DNA of 61,042 bases, the filler included, from Catajapyx aquilonaris (lineage: Eukaryota), in assembly GCA_000934665.2 (NCBI GenBank). It is 2 parts of 2 records of this genome, joined end to end, with 100 filler letters (N's around TTAATTAATTAA, not from the genome) between each part and the next. Parts side by side here need not be neighbours in the genome. Positions count along the whole stretch, not along the records: positions 1 to 30,449 come from JYFJ02004643.1; positions 30,550 to 61,042 come from KZ539186.1. One strand, given 5' to 3'. The position numbers and the translations under genes were made by a program. Below the pieces are notes generated by a model that worked only from the letters and a program-made list of their open reading frames with translations, did no database searches and was not told where the DNA came from. Each line of letters opens with the position of its first letter. Position 1 is the stretch's first letter. Shown here one piece after another: positions 23,092 to 36,900 of this stretch.

Positions 23092-23985
23092 TGTGGGCCA
23101 GGCGGTGGTTGTTGACGGATCGGCCGACCTTTAGCAGTAAAAGGGCTGTAGTTACGACATTTGATCACCGATTTTTTAGGGTTCTTGTTCCCGAGGGATT
23201 GCGAAAAAGATGTCAGCCCGGTGGCCGAGTGGAACTGAATGATTCGTCAACAATCGGGGACCCGTTGTTCGGGAGACGGCTGATTTGAAGCGTTGCCAAG
23301 CTTGGGAAGGGACAGCATTGTTGGAAGTGCTGGGCTTGTTTTTCTCATTTTCCTGTAATAACTGCGGTCATGAGTGTTGGTCAAACGTCGGGTTGCATCT
23401 GATTCAGTCGGATGGCCTAGCTCAGATATCAAAATGTAACCCTATTACGTATCACATAGTGTGTTATACACTTTTTATGGCCAAAAACAAGCTGTTGATA
23501 CATGTTATCTATTGTTGGCAACAATATCAGAAATGATGCACAATGAGAAACAAACTCAGTGTCAACTTGGTGTCAATTAATGATTGAAGCGCTGATTTTC
23601 AAGTGGCCAATACAGCAGACTGAAAAGCACCGTGCCGACATCAATCATGTGCCATTGAAGCGCGACTCCATAATTGTCGCCCTTGGGCTAGAATGTAACT
23701 GAATGATGACTGTGTACAGGAACTCAATTGAATAGTTGGGCAGGCAACCAAGAGAGGGCATGAAAGCAGACTGTGGGCACCGCTCTCAAAAAACTGCGCA
23801 AGATTTATCCTGAGTCTCCAGGGCAATCCTCTCGACTTTCCAGTGGAGTGGGTTGTCTAACATTCAGGATATGACTGGTCTACCGGGGTTTTAAAAGTTC
23901 AACAACAAAAACATTCCGGTTTCCTCCTTCATTGAATGCGTGAATACGTACTGTACCATGTGGATAGGTGTCATAATTATACTTA

Positions 23986-24111
23986 TGCCCGATTGCACCA
24001 ACCGAAATAACCGATCCGATAGCCCCTAATGAATAGTTAGCCATTTTAACGTGTGCTAACTATCTCCGTTAGGGGCTATCGAATTGGTAATTTTGTTGGT
24101 ACAATCGGGCA
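23986..24111. mobile_element. PIF/Harbinger-like MITE with TTA target-site duplication
   Basis: tta|tgcccgattgcaccaac ... gttggtacaatcgggca|tta, palindromic over its whole length. Confidence 0.7.
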
Positions 24112-27100
24112 TTACAGTGACTATAAGTCACGCTTCAAATACTGGCTCCAGCTACAACGTCAAGCCTGAGGCATACGCATTGTAGACTTGTAAGTACTTG
24201 CGCGTGCCATTTTTATACTTGCTTGAGATACGAGGAGCTATTTGCTATAATATGGAGTCTTAAAATGATATCCTGCCATTGATAGTACAGGAATTCACAG
24301 ATTACTTGCTGGCGTTCATCCAGTATTGAGCACATGTGTGCAAAAGGGGAGGTGATGTGGTATGCCGTCAGAAAAGATCAAATACAGGAACAAACCTTCA
24401 CGATCAATTACGGAGGACATATTATGAGTTTATGACTCCAGGTAATAGTTCCTATTCTGCCTAATCACTCTCAGTTAATGGAAGGTGACTGTTTCTTCCT
24501 AGTACTTGTCACCTTCCAAGTGTGTCTGAAAATAGCACGACATACCAAGAAGTGTGTACCTGCATATGAATGCATTATTAGCTATATATGACTTATTTAT
24601 GCAAGTTTCTCTCCCTGATCATAATGTTATGCGAGTAGAAATTGAACCCAAACGGGGCCAAGGAGATGATTACAGGGAGAAATCCCACTGACACCGTTTC
24701 CTCCTTCCGGAAATGTCCACTTAACCCCCAGCATTCATTTCCTATGACATTACGCATATAAAAACCAGAAACCCGACATTCCAGTCGAAAAAGAGGCCTA
24801 CTTGGAGGCTCTTCATATTATAATCCAGCGCACCTGACATAATCATTCGAAATGACTAAATTATCTCCGGCTGTATAAATGCGCAATGGCTATCTCCGTG
24901 ACAACATCATTCCGAGTGCGGTCATGTGTTAAAACTAATGAGGACCACCTAAGCTGAAAAAATCGCAGGGCTCGAGATGAATACATGAATAACGTATTGC
25001 TCACGTCCACATATTATAATGACGGTTAGAGAATGTCCAGCAGGCGCGTTATAATTAACTCTTAGCCGGTCGAGACTGAAAACGCGTCTCATTATAAGCA
25101 CTGTAAATCACACCTGGGAGGAAGTCTAAAAGGACACGTCGTCATGCGAAAATGATTCAGGCGTGCCTCTATATAGGAAGAGGGAAGGAGATTTTTATTT
25201 TTTAAACGTGTGAGGATGCATACGCTATTAGCATTACGTGTGTGTGTGAATGTGTGCCTTGTTTTGATGCACACGAATCTGCGTATGCATCAAACAAGCC
25301 ACTCACTGACTTCCTTGGTCATAAAACCAGTCCCCCATGAACATTGCAAATATGAAGACCTAATGAGATGCAGAACAGAGTCACATTTTGAATGATTTCG
25401 ATACTACGAAAATATCAGCTATTAAATTTGAAACATTTCTTTATGCTCTAAGTACGTTATATTGGGGAGAAATAAAAATTCTCATAGTAATGTCGTGGCT
25501 CAGTGGACTCACTTAAAATGAGGATGGAATTTGGGTTAATTATTTCTATACTAATTTATATATCCTTCTTCTGCACCGTGACACCGAAACATTACAATTG
25601 CAGCAATTTTCAATGAATACCAGGGCTGGAGCAAAAAAAAGAAGTAACATTGCCCTTTATGGGTGAGCAAAAGGTTCACCCGGCTTAATTATTCTCGAGC
25701 GTTCCCTCATGCGTCTAAAAGACTGCCTAAAAATCTAGGTTATGGGACAACACCTCCATACCAAGAAACCTGTTCTTTTATTTTCGCGTAATTTTAGTGT
25801 TAGAAAACTCAGGAATGTCGAGGCCACGACGTAACGGGGTCGTTGTTGACCAGAATAACAACCTGTGCTTCACGATGGGGGCTTTTTTGCATGCTGAGGG
25901 CACCATACAGTATATGGGGTGGGGTCATGGTGTCACACACTTAACCCTGCGTATCATCACCAAGACACGATCATAATGGTGATAATGTAATGCCAGGCCT
26001 TCTTGTCATATAGTAATCAGCATATCGCACCCGCAAGTCTCACTTAACCTACTCCAAGAGGTGATGGGATCACAACCATGACGCCATTAATCACATGTCT
26101 ATATGCAAAAAAGATCCGTCCCCCCTACATATTATTATTCAGGATATAGCTTTTGTGTGTTGCGATTCGAGAAGAAACCGTTTGACATGGTTTTGAAGAC
26201 GACGTGGATTATACGGACGGCTGTTTTCGTACGTACCGGTGCACCTGTGTGAGAAAATGGAAAATATATGTCATTTAGGAGGGCAATTAGCTGCCTAAAG
26301 AGCCGGCTCACGACTTTTTGTTTTGCGGTAATAACTCACCACCAAAGTGCGAACCCTTTAGAGTCAATGTCCCTTATACGCGGAAGATGATGTGCTGTCC
26401 TCGCAATATGAGATCCTTTTCCAGCTCTATTTTTGGACGTGCAGAGTGTCAATATACTGTAAACACAGAGTGAGGAATACATTTGTGCAATTTTTAACGC
26501 AATGTGACTTTTTAACGAAACAAATTATAGAAAGTTGGATATTTGGGGTGCCATGCACATCCTTTTCGTACGGATGTGACCCATCAGAGAATTCTTTAGT
26601 TACGCCATAAATTCAGTGTGAAAGGGTTCTCTAGTATAGTGTATAGTTCAACTGATAGAGTACCCATTTGTAAGGCACGTGTAGCAGATGATGAATGGAC
26701 CGATTAAACACTGAAAACGTCTATTATTTTGACCCTGTCCTTATAGCAAGGCTGATCATGTTTTTGTCGCACATTTTGGAAGTAAACACGATCAAAAGAG
26801 ACCGACTTCATGTGGCCGCGAGTCGAAACTGACCTTGTAGTACGCTTGATTTAGAGTGTATCCGATATTACTTCGAGTTATAATGCATTAAAATTGCTAT
26901 GGCCCGTCTGCAAAGGCGATGGCCTCCGAAACGCACAGGAATTTTTTTCGAGAGATTTATGTATACACCCCGATCCGACAACATTTTTTATCGCTTAAAA
27001 AACCGTAATGGAAACTCACGCCAAGCTGGATTTTCCATCCGCCGAGCGGTATTGTTACCAGTTTACGTCTGGAACAACAGCAACAACAAAAATGTAAAAT

Positions 27101-30100
27101 TCAGGTTTCCGCGCAATTTCATGTGCACCGAGTGAAATTGGAATTACGCAGCATGCTTCTGGGGTGGTCCAAATAGCGAATTAGCCTTGATGACACGTGC
27201 ATCTTGGCCAGGTGCACTCGAAATTATGACAGAGGATACATGCTGTACACAGGTAGAGCAACTTTAATTTGTACACTTACAGTAGAGGTGGAATAACTGA
27301 TTTTGCATTTTCAATATTTAATATGCAGTATGACGAGGACAAATAATTTACTCCGGACAATCAGAATAACGCAATACACTAATCACTTCTCAGACATGCA
27401 ATAGATTGGTAAAAGCAAAAGCAATGAGACAAGTTATGCAGTAGCTACGTAAAAATAGGCAAAAAAAGCTAATTATACTAATTATACTAATTTTTACGAG
27501 TCATCACTAATATTAAATGGTAAGGAAATAGCAGGGGGCCGAATTTTATAGTTTATAAATATATTTACAGTGTGTGGAACATTTTCAAGGTTTTATTATG
27601 GAAAAAACAATAAACTGAAAAATCCGCAGTTTTAAGAGCGGAAATGCCTTTCCCAAGCAGAAAATTTCGTTAGTTTCAAACGAACTGACAGTACGAAACG
27701 TACAGCCCAACGAGAGTGTTAATTTTCCCAAAACCCGATTTATTCGTCGCATCTTCCGGAATGCAGCAGCAACCCGCTGACCCCCCCTCCAAAAAGGTCA
27801 GCGACATTTCAAATTCTGACCCCTATATCCCCTACTATACTGCTGGCCAAGCTCTAAGACGATGACACGAGTTTGGTGGTGGTGGTGTTGGGGGGGTAAT
27901 CCTCCTTGCAAGGCTGGCGGCCCCAGAGAGAGCCGATTGTCTTATGCCCATGGAAGAAGGAGAATGGAGAAGCCGAGCGTGGTCTTGCAGCAGGCCAGTC
28001 ATCAGAAGGCAGCCAGCCAAGGAGGAAGTCAGTCAGCTGGGTTCTAGTGTTAATACGTGCCTGTTTATAAGTGGACACTAAGCAGGAAGGACAGGTCATG
28101 AGGTGAGTTTTCGTGGCCAAATTTCATACCAATTTTGTACCCAATTTCGTACCCATGGGAAAAAAGACCCTGCTGACCTGTTAACAGGTGGTTTTCAGCC
28201 AGGTACCGTATCTTCCACTGAGCTGACCACAGGCCAGCTTCCTTGAAAGGTAGTGGCCATGTCAGGCACCGGTATGTTATAGTGTCCGGTGGATGATTGT
28301 TTGTTCTGCTATACACTTCCGGTCTGCCTCGCGGTGAACTGGAGCAAGTCGCCCCTCAGGGACCCTGTAGAATCCTCTCTCAATAGGTCGGTCATTGGCA
28401 TCATCTGTGAAGTAAACATTACTGTTGGCTCAGCTTATTGGCTCAGATGTAATGAAACTTTTCAAGGATCGTCGGTTGTTTTTTTTTTATATGTATCTGT
28501 AACCGCGGCGGTGCAGAAAAGACGAAATGTATCAGGAAACGGCACGAGCACAATGGGATAACTGTTTTAACTCATTCTATGACTTGGAAAGGGGGAGGAT
28601 TAATATTGCCAGCAGGTGTAAACATACACCTGCTGGCGGGGGCCAATTTACTTTGTTGCGTTTACCGCTGTGCATTCGGGGGTTGCGGGAATACCAATTG
28701 TGCAGCGGGGGAGATGGACGGGGCTAATTGACTCGTTCTTGTTCCGGAATTTCTCTGTCATCTGATAGCTCCGTATGAAAAGCATTGTTGGAAGCACAAT
28801 CAGAGATATTAAACTAATATCATCAATACATATATACCAAAGCAGAAGCTTTCTCTGTTTGTATGTCCGGGCTACCTAACCCACTTTTGGACTACTGAGA
28901 GCACTGAAACTTGGCACATGCCGCCGATTGAGGAAAAAAAGTCCAAAACTAAACTTTTTTGAGTCCTTGATTTTTCTGTTCCGCGGCTCTAGAAGTGTCT
29001 ATTAAAAGTAGCTGATCCATCAGCACTTGCTACAATTTTTTTAATTAATATACACCCTATTGCCGTGTCCTTCAACAATAATCGGCCAATGTTGTGACCA
29101 AAATCAAGAGTTAGCATCGCGGCAAAGTTACACCAACCTCTGTTGAAAACGTGCAAGATCACTGCATGAGAGCCCGTGCATACATTTTATTTATTACTTA
29201 TTATTTTTCGTGAACTTTTTAAGGGAGATACGACGAGGTTGCAAAAAGGTTCGGTATAATGCCCTCTTCTGTCGGCAAAACTGCGCCATGTGTAACCACT
29301 GTGATAATATGTTCAAAAAAAATTCATTATCTGATTCCGCGGTCGTGAAATAATAATTTTTTTAAAAACCCCTTCTAAGTGGTCACGAGGCATAGAAGCT
29401 GCGAAAACCCCAATCCGCAATCCATGGCTAACTTCCATCTAATTAATTGCTGCTTCCCTCCTTACACCTTTTTTTTTTACCAAATGAAAAAAAAGTAAGC
29501 CAGCCGTGCTTTTGCTTGGTTTTGTTCGTAGATCTGAAACTTAGATTATGATTTAAAAAAAAAATCTTAGCACGCTACAATTGGGCCCTCAGAGCGCAGT
29601 GCCGTTTTGCCCTCAAGGGTTTACTCGCGAATTATATATAAAAAATTCGCATGGGTGACATACGTGCCCGGATTTGCAAATACGTTTATGTTGGTTAACT
29701 CATAAACACTCACTTGCTCAACCAACAAGATTTTCACGCAGCTCTATTTTGTACCATGCCAGAAATCAAGCTGAATCAAGGAACGGAAGACGCATGCTTT
29801 TTTAAAAAAATGTGCACGTTTTTCAAATAAAAAAAAGAAACACCGTTCGGTTGATGGATAGATTAAGAAGAAAAAAAACCTAGCCTGGAGCTATATGTAC
29901 GTGAGATTTTTCTGCAGTTTTTGACCGCAGGGTCTGTGCAAAAGTTCAAGGCTCGGACTGCTGTTTGCACACATACATTACCCGTATGCAAATTTATTTG
30001 GGCTACTATAAAACCAATTTAGAATCGTGAAAGTCAACTGCTGTCACTTAGAAAGTGACGGACATATTGATGCTTTCAAACTTTTCCTTCCTGAAGCACC

Positions 30101-30449
30101 TGGTGCTCACCTAAGGTGACAAACTTTGATGTCAAAGAAGCGACAACTCTTTCGCGACCCGGGGTACGGAACGACCTCCCATTGTCACTTTTTTGGATCC
30201 CCTTACAAGAGTATAAAGTGTCGAAATTAAGATGAGTGAGCAGCCAAGCGGACACCCCCTTTTGATGCAATCTCGGAAGAAGAACAAAAAAAAAAAAAAC
30301 AGAGGCACATATTTTAGACACGCGCCAGCTGGCAAATCCTACAAAAAAAAAGAGTGGTTGACATCTTCTTGCCAAAAATTTAGGTTATGCCAAATGATTA
30401 ATTCCTTCCATTCAAATTTTCCACGAACAATGACTATTACAACACAGGT

Positions 30450-30549
30450 NNNNNNNNNNNNNNNNNNNNNNNNNNNNNNNNNNNNNNNNNNNNTTAATTA
30501 ATTAANNNNNNNNNNNNNNNNNNNNNNNNNNNNNNNNNNNNNNNNNNNN
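30450..30549. other. Artificial scaffold linker (N44-TTAATTAATTAA-N44)
   Basis: Exactly 100 positions. The central 12-mer encodes stop codons in all six frames. Confidence 0.92.
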
Positions 30550-33500
30550 TATTTTTTTTTTTTGGGGGGGGGTGATGGGGGAGGATGTGGAGGATGATGC
30601 AATGTGGGAATAAAATTGTCGATATGATAACACAACATTGGGAGCTAATGTATGCGCAGGGTCAACAATTGGACACACCTATAGGGTTACGGTGGAGTGC
30701 CGCACTGCAGTAACCGGTGAATTGAAATTGATTGGAATTAACGCGAAATATTACTGGTGATGACATCATCTGAAAAAAATTTCAACCCAAAATGCGTCAC
30801 AGGCAGGGTTATGTAGGGGTCCAAAATATTTTTCGTCCCCAGTTTTTGGGTATAGTGGTGGAAAATGACGGGCCATGGAAGGGGTGGTACCCCCTCAAAA
30901 AAAATGCAAGTGGCAGCAAGTGACAGTATCGATCACCCGTCGAGGGAACTTGGACTGGAACAGATTCGGAATTGCTTGCCTCAGGAGGGTTGGCGGGTGA
31001 CATCTTTTCTCCCCTTACTCATGCCACCCTTATGTGCCCGGGGTGCAATTAAACGTCGCCATGGTAGACAACAGGCAAAAGCCGGATTAACGTCTAGGCG
31101 TAGGGGTCAGTTGGGCGCGTTGGTATGGTGGGGGAAAGCCACAGGTAGTTGCGTCGTAAGATTTTCTCTCGATAAAATTTTTGTTGGCACACCCGGTTTC
31201 TGTCCGGGAGGGGTCGTTCCTCTCATTAGTGACTATTCGGGGATTGAAACCTGCACTGCGGACAATATGAGCTGCCTTCCACTGCAGTGTTTGGCAACAC
31301 ATTTTATTACAGCGATTGTCAGGCCAAAATAATGGAAATGCCGGTGGATGATATGCGATGACAAAAGGGGTGCTTCACACTACACTGTCATTTTGATGGC
31401 GACACGGGACAGAAAGTTGCTAAATCGGGGTACAAAAAAATGTGGCCGAATATTTCCGTTAGGTAGGTTTTTTTGGGGGTTGGGCGTATGTGTGTGTGTG
31501 TGTGTGTGTGTGGGAAGGGATAATGGAACCTGGTTGACAACTAGTCGCATTTGGTAAATGAATTAAATCGTCAGTGTCGAACGCATTATCACGGCTTTTT
31601 TCCTCCCACGATATTGATTTCCCGTGCATGAATCGATTGGGGGCAGTGTCGAGTTTGGAAATTGCCGCCAAAGGCAGCACCAGGGGGATGGTGCTGGTGG
31701 TTTGGCGCGGGCGGGTGCTTCAGTGGGTGATGTGTGACGGGTGACGTTGGCAGGCCTGTCGCTGCCGCGGCCAACGGTTTAGAAGACGGTCACGTGCTTG
31801 GAAAGTCTGCGGGGATGACGGCCGACATAAACGGTTAGTTCTCCCACCCCCTGCTGTCCCTGGGAGAGGAATGTTGCTGCTAAGCCGACGGTTTAAAAAT
31901 ATTTTAAAACCGCCACTAAAATGCAGGCGTAGTTACAGATTTCAGGTAATTTGTGTAGCTATCCACGCAGACCAGTTTTAAAATGCGGGAATAATCAGAA
32001 TTAGCGTTCATTTTAATGAAAATGTCGCGGACGATCATTTGTGCAACACACACCCGTGTACAGTACATAACTATATGCCAGATATGAAGTAAGGCGCGAG
32101 TCCGCGAAAATTTTACCTATATGGACGTGAGCTAAATTTTGCAGCGCGCAGTGTAATGGGGCTTTTTGCATGGTTTTTACGGCCTGAGAGATGTGTAATT
32201 TGGGATGATTTTGAATGTGATTCACTTACCGTGCTTGTCTGTTTTACCGGGTGTGAAGGATGTCTTTTTGAAACAATGTCCGTAAAAAGCGGGACAGTTA
32301 CGAAAATTGGCGTCAAATATTGCCAAGGAGTTAAATAGTTTTGACAACTAAAATATACCGGTACCGGATCTGCTCATTTGTGTCTTTATGGCCGAAGTGG
32401 AAATCAGGCACACAGATTACCAAACATTGGGCACTGTGGTAGAAAAACCTTGTAATTAGCAAAATATCTTACCATTTGAAAAAAGGAATCTGTAGGACAG
32501 TTTTGTTTCGGGTACTTGCGTTTTTTGTAGCAAATGGTGCGTAATAGTGAGAATGTGAGAAGTGACAGCCATGATTGCATGGGTGACAATCTGTGTAGAT
32601 ACATGGGTAGAAGTATTGCTTTTGAAGTTCAAAGGGATGCTGATTGGATGGAATGTGCAGGAATTTTCATTTGAATTTTTAAGTCGATGATAGCTGGCAC
32701 TTCATTTTTAGAGCTGTATGATGTACATTAAAATAACATTTAATTGATGTTTGCTTAACACTTCAAAAGGGATATTACTACGGGCGACGACGTCATCAAT
32801 TTTGTTCGATGTTAATTTTAGTTAGCTTGATGCGATTGAAAATATTGGACCTCACTTATCAATGCTCTGAAGCAAAATAAAAATTAATATCTTCCCCAAT
32901 AGTTACACTTAAAATCGAAAGAACTACAAAAAATCTATCTCAGAATTGATTTTGTTGCGAGGCACGATAATTTTTATTGGCAGTTGTTCCTAATAATAGA
33001 TGAAAAGATGAAACTACGTATGCGTAGTGAAATCCTGGGCTTCAAAGCACTGAATGTGCAAATTTTTCGCAGTTGGACTGTCCACAGAAGGTGCTAGGAA
33101 TCTTGACAGAATTTTAACTTTAGTTTTTATGACAATTTCAGGTGATCGCCAATTTATTGAGTCGCATAATGTTCACGAGAAAAAGCTTTAGTTCGCCATA
33201 TGCCTTCGACAGCGGCCATATCTAACTTGATAGCCTCATTTATATGCATTTAGCTGTAGAATAGTACTGACGTCACAATGGACAACGCTGACACTCAACA
33301 ATATTAATAATATAACTAACAAAGACTTCAGTACGATCTAAGGCTGAATGCATTCTATACTGGAGTCAAAAGGGGTCAAAAAAATAAGTAGCCATTTTTC
33401 AGAGCCGTTTATCAGTAGGACCCTCACTGTCTGATTAGGTTGAATGGATGCATCCACATTTTTAAACCAGTTCAATGCATGGAGGGGAGTCTGACCTGGG

Positions 33501-33704
33501 AAAGGGTGGGTGATACCTAACCCTTGACTTGAGATACTAGTGGGTCCCAATCAAGTCCTTCCCAATAAGGTCGGAAATGCTTACATGTCAAACTCAGTAT
33601 CCCCGAATGAGAAATCGACTCGACCTTTACCCACTAGGCCACGGTAATGCTGTCCATAGCTTCCAGTTAATTACGTTCGAAAATCCAGGCGAAATAAAAG
33701 CACG

Positions 33705-33917
33705 TCATTTTCTGATGCGCCAGAAGGGCAAATCGAAGTGATAGAGTGTGGGACGTGCGAGTAAGAAGGGGTAGGCCTTGAGTGACGTCACCGGCTGGGG
33801 GGGCAATTGAGAAAAGCCTTGTCCCCAGCCAGTGACGTCGCCCAAGGGCTACCATTTCTTACTCGCACGGCTCGCACTCGATCACTTCGATTTGCACGTC
33901 TGCCGCCTCGGAAAATG
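33705..33917. mobile_element. Palindromic MITE-like element
   Basis: gcaaatcgaagtgatagagtg...cgtgcgagtaagaa...gtgacgtcaccggctgggg / ccccagccagtgacgtcgc...ttcttactcgcacg...cactcgatcacttcgatttgc. Confidence 0.7.
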
Positions 33918-36900
33918 TCGCTAGCAGTATGACGGAATTAATGTCCAGCACTGTACACGATGCTGTAAGTTTGTGTACGTGTAACTGCTTCTGATGCCAG
34001 AAAACTAAGCACTACTAATTTATCCCTGATAGTGGCAGTAGTGTGCCGAGAGGGAGCATGTGCGCCACCCAGTATTGGCATTTTGTACTACGTCCATGTG
34101 ATAGCCGGGCCGGGCGGTGTGGCCAAGTTTTGGCAACGGGTTCTCTCTCGTGAAGCAGAAATGAACTATAGGTTAGTTTCGCCTTAGATTTACAAGATGC
34201 CTAAATCCTAGAGGAAGTGGACACTTTCGGCACGTACACCCTACACTCACTATACAAGTAACAAGATCTCATGCTTATCCGATTCGAAACTGGATCCGAA
34301 TCCGTAATATAATCCGAATCTGTGTCCGGCTACCCGAGTACAGTACTCGAATTATTTGCATCCGGTTTTTAACTTTAATAATGATGCAAGACCAAAGTAC
34401 GTTGCTCCCGATAGAAAAGTACTGTGGTAAAAATTATTTGTACGACATATCTCCACGGTCATTCCCATCATATGGCGTTTGAAAGGGGGAAAAAGTGCGT
34501 GAAAAAAAATTGGAAGCGCGAAATATCACGCATAAGGTGTCGAAATATTTATGGTTAGAAAAATAATAATGGTATCATACTTGTGCACACTATTCATATA
34601 CTTGCATATCTGAGTGAGTAAATGAAACCCCAATTTTGGCACATGGTATTGGCCCCAAAAGCCTGTTTGGGTCATATCTTAATCTGTCATCGTCATCATC
34701 ACCACCATTAGCATCATCATCGACTGAATCTCTTGGTAGTAGGTCGTCGCCCCGCTCGTGCCAGTTTCCGCCCGACTATAAGGTCCTGTTGCACCATTTC
34801 ATTGCCAGGAAACTTTTCCGGCTGGGAAATTGACGGATGTGTATGGATAAAAATGTTTGGCAGTTTGCTGTTATTTTTCCATATTTTCAGATTTCCATAT
34901 ACAGCTGTGCATGTTAGTAAGAGTGGAAATGCAATAGAGCGCGCTGCGGCCCAGGGATTCCATTGTCTTTACCAATGTGATAAAAGAATTAGAGGTCGTA
35001 AAGGTCAGCCATCTTGGACGCAAGCGGCGATGACGTCATATTATGACAAAATAGCAATTCCAGCAGTTTAGGACAGTGCACTACTGCACTGCTTTAAATA
35101 TTTTGTCACTGCCATTGTTTTGGTTCTTTAGTGGAGCATAAAATATTTGACGAAATGTGCTGGTGCCAACATGAATGGACCTTTGGCAGGTGACAAAAGT
35201 AAACGAGCAACCATATTGCTTTGAAATATGTGTTTCATGAGTTAAGTCTCGGTAGTTATCGGGCTGTCTTGAACGTGGTAGCATGATGAGGGATTAATGG
35301 TTCTCCAGAAGGTCGCAAAATGTAAGCATTCTCTGTACACTGTACAATAGAACAATCGTACTGGGGGATAAGTTTTCTTGGAATACCCTCATCTACTGCC
35401 GAAACAATAGTGCCGAAGTCCCCAGCCACCCATTTTTTAAACTTTAAGGGAATTCTTTTCTGGGCGGCATATACCACTCGCCGTATTCCATAAATACAGT
35501 GCGTATTAGCTGAGGAATTTTGAAGTGAAAGTCAGGGCATTACAAATATTCACTCGCAATGTGTGTAGTGTCCAAAAAGGACTTGTTTGTTATTTTCCTG
35601 CTCTTAGAAGAAGGCGAAAAAACAGAAGCCATGGATAGGCCAGAATGCTTCTAATGCCTCTAAGATAGTTTAGGTTTTATAGGGCAGCATAACTATGCAA
35701 AAATGCTCAGATAGATAGAGGTTGGTGTCACCACCTACAAACAAGTCAACAGCTGCCGTGTTGCTCCGGTACGCATTGTGTGACATCGTCAGTTGCAGCC
35801 CTTCGCGAAGGAGAGTCGTTCCTGATCATGTTGTTACGGTCTGCCTGTAAGAAAAAGGTAAGAAAATATTATTTGTGGACAGTGCAACAGAAGTATGGAA
35901 AGGAGGCAGGGTTTTTGACATGGGGCTAGTAGATTGTGAGTAACTTGAGATTTTCGAAGCCTACGACATACTGAGACCCGTAGAACTGTGACGTGATAGC
36001 TTCATGGGACGAGGACGCGACCTTTTCGGCCTTCTCGAGTGGTATGAAGTTGCCAGTACTTGATAAATATGGCTTACGTTGCAATTTCTTACTCGAGTGT
36101 CGGTGTTCCAGATTATATAAACATAAGGCTAGCGTGTTGTGCAGGAAGATTTCTTTCCAAGTAATACAGAGTTTGGACCAACTCTGCGTACTGTGGAAAG
36201 ACAAGGTCCTTTCGAATCTCTAATGGTGAGTTCACACTAGCATATGCTGGTGATGTTTGTTTCGCAGGAAGCTGTGCCATTTCACATTCAGCATTCCTTA
36301 CATTGTTAAGGGTCTTGGCCATGCAACGTCGGCAACGTATGAGGTGCTGATTGGGGAATAGCACCATTTTGAATGAAGCGGACGTCACTCAAGTTCTATG
36401 GACTGTAAACACAGATTAAGACTGGATTGCTACGGCTGATTTTTGGCAATTTAGACTCCGGGAGATAAACAGGGTGACGAAAATTAATATTCAATAACCA
36501 CCGACCCGTGTAGTAAAGCTGCTTGACGGGTTGCCTACCTTGCAGGATGAGCTTGATTCAAAATTGATGTCCGCGATGAATCCAAAACCGCAGGTTATTT
36601 TGTCTGGAATATCGCAAGGGATCTAAATTAAAGGAGACGTGATTTTTTTTTTTTTTTTCGTAGCACACTGTAAAAATGGCATGGACACTAGAAAACTTAT
36701 ATGATTCCAGATGGCTAATGTTCGACTAAAACAACCTCGTCGTTGGCCAGACCGCCTAGTTGCTAAGAATGTACTTACAGTGTGTTCCAAAGGACTGGAT
36801 CCGCTCGTAATAAGAGGAACTTTGGTCCAGAGCCCCCCAGACCTACACGTTATAATAGACGCACTTTGGGTTATAGCAGAGATGAAGCATTCCGTACATG

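Noticed and set aside
27850..28450. GC-richer stretch that might be a retroelement or exon (similar ones at 36700-37300 and 38300-38700)
   Set aside because: No recognisable RT, endonuclease or other motif in any frame, and no consistent splice pair.
28815..28930. Helitron/DINE-like 5' signature (tatata...tgtttgtatgtccg...ctgaaacttggcac)
   Set aside because: Too short and no 3' hairpin/CTRR end identified; cannot be supported without a repeat library.
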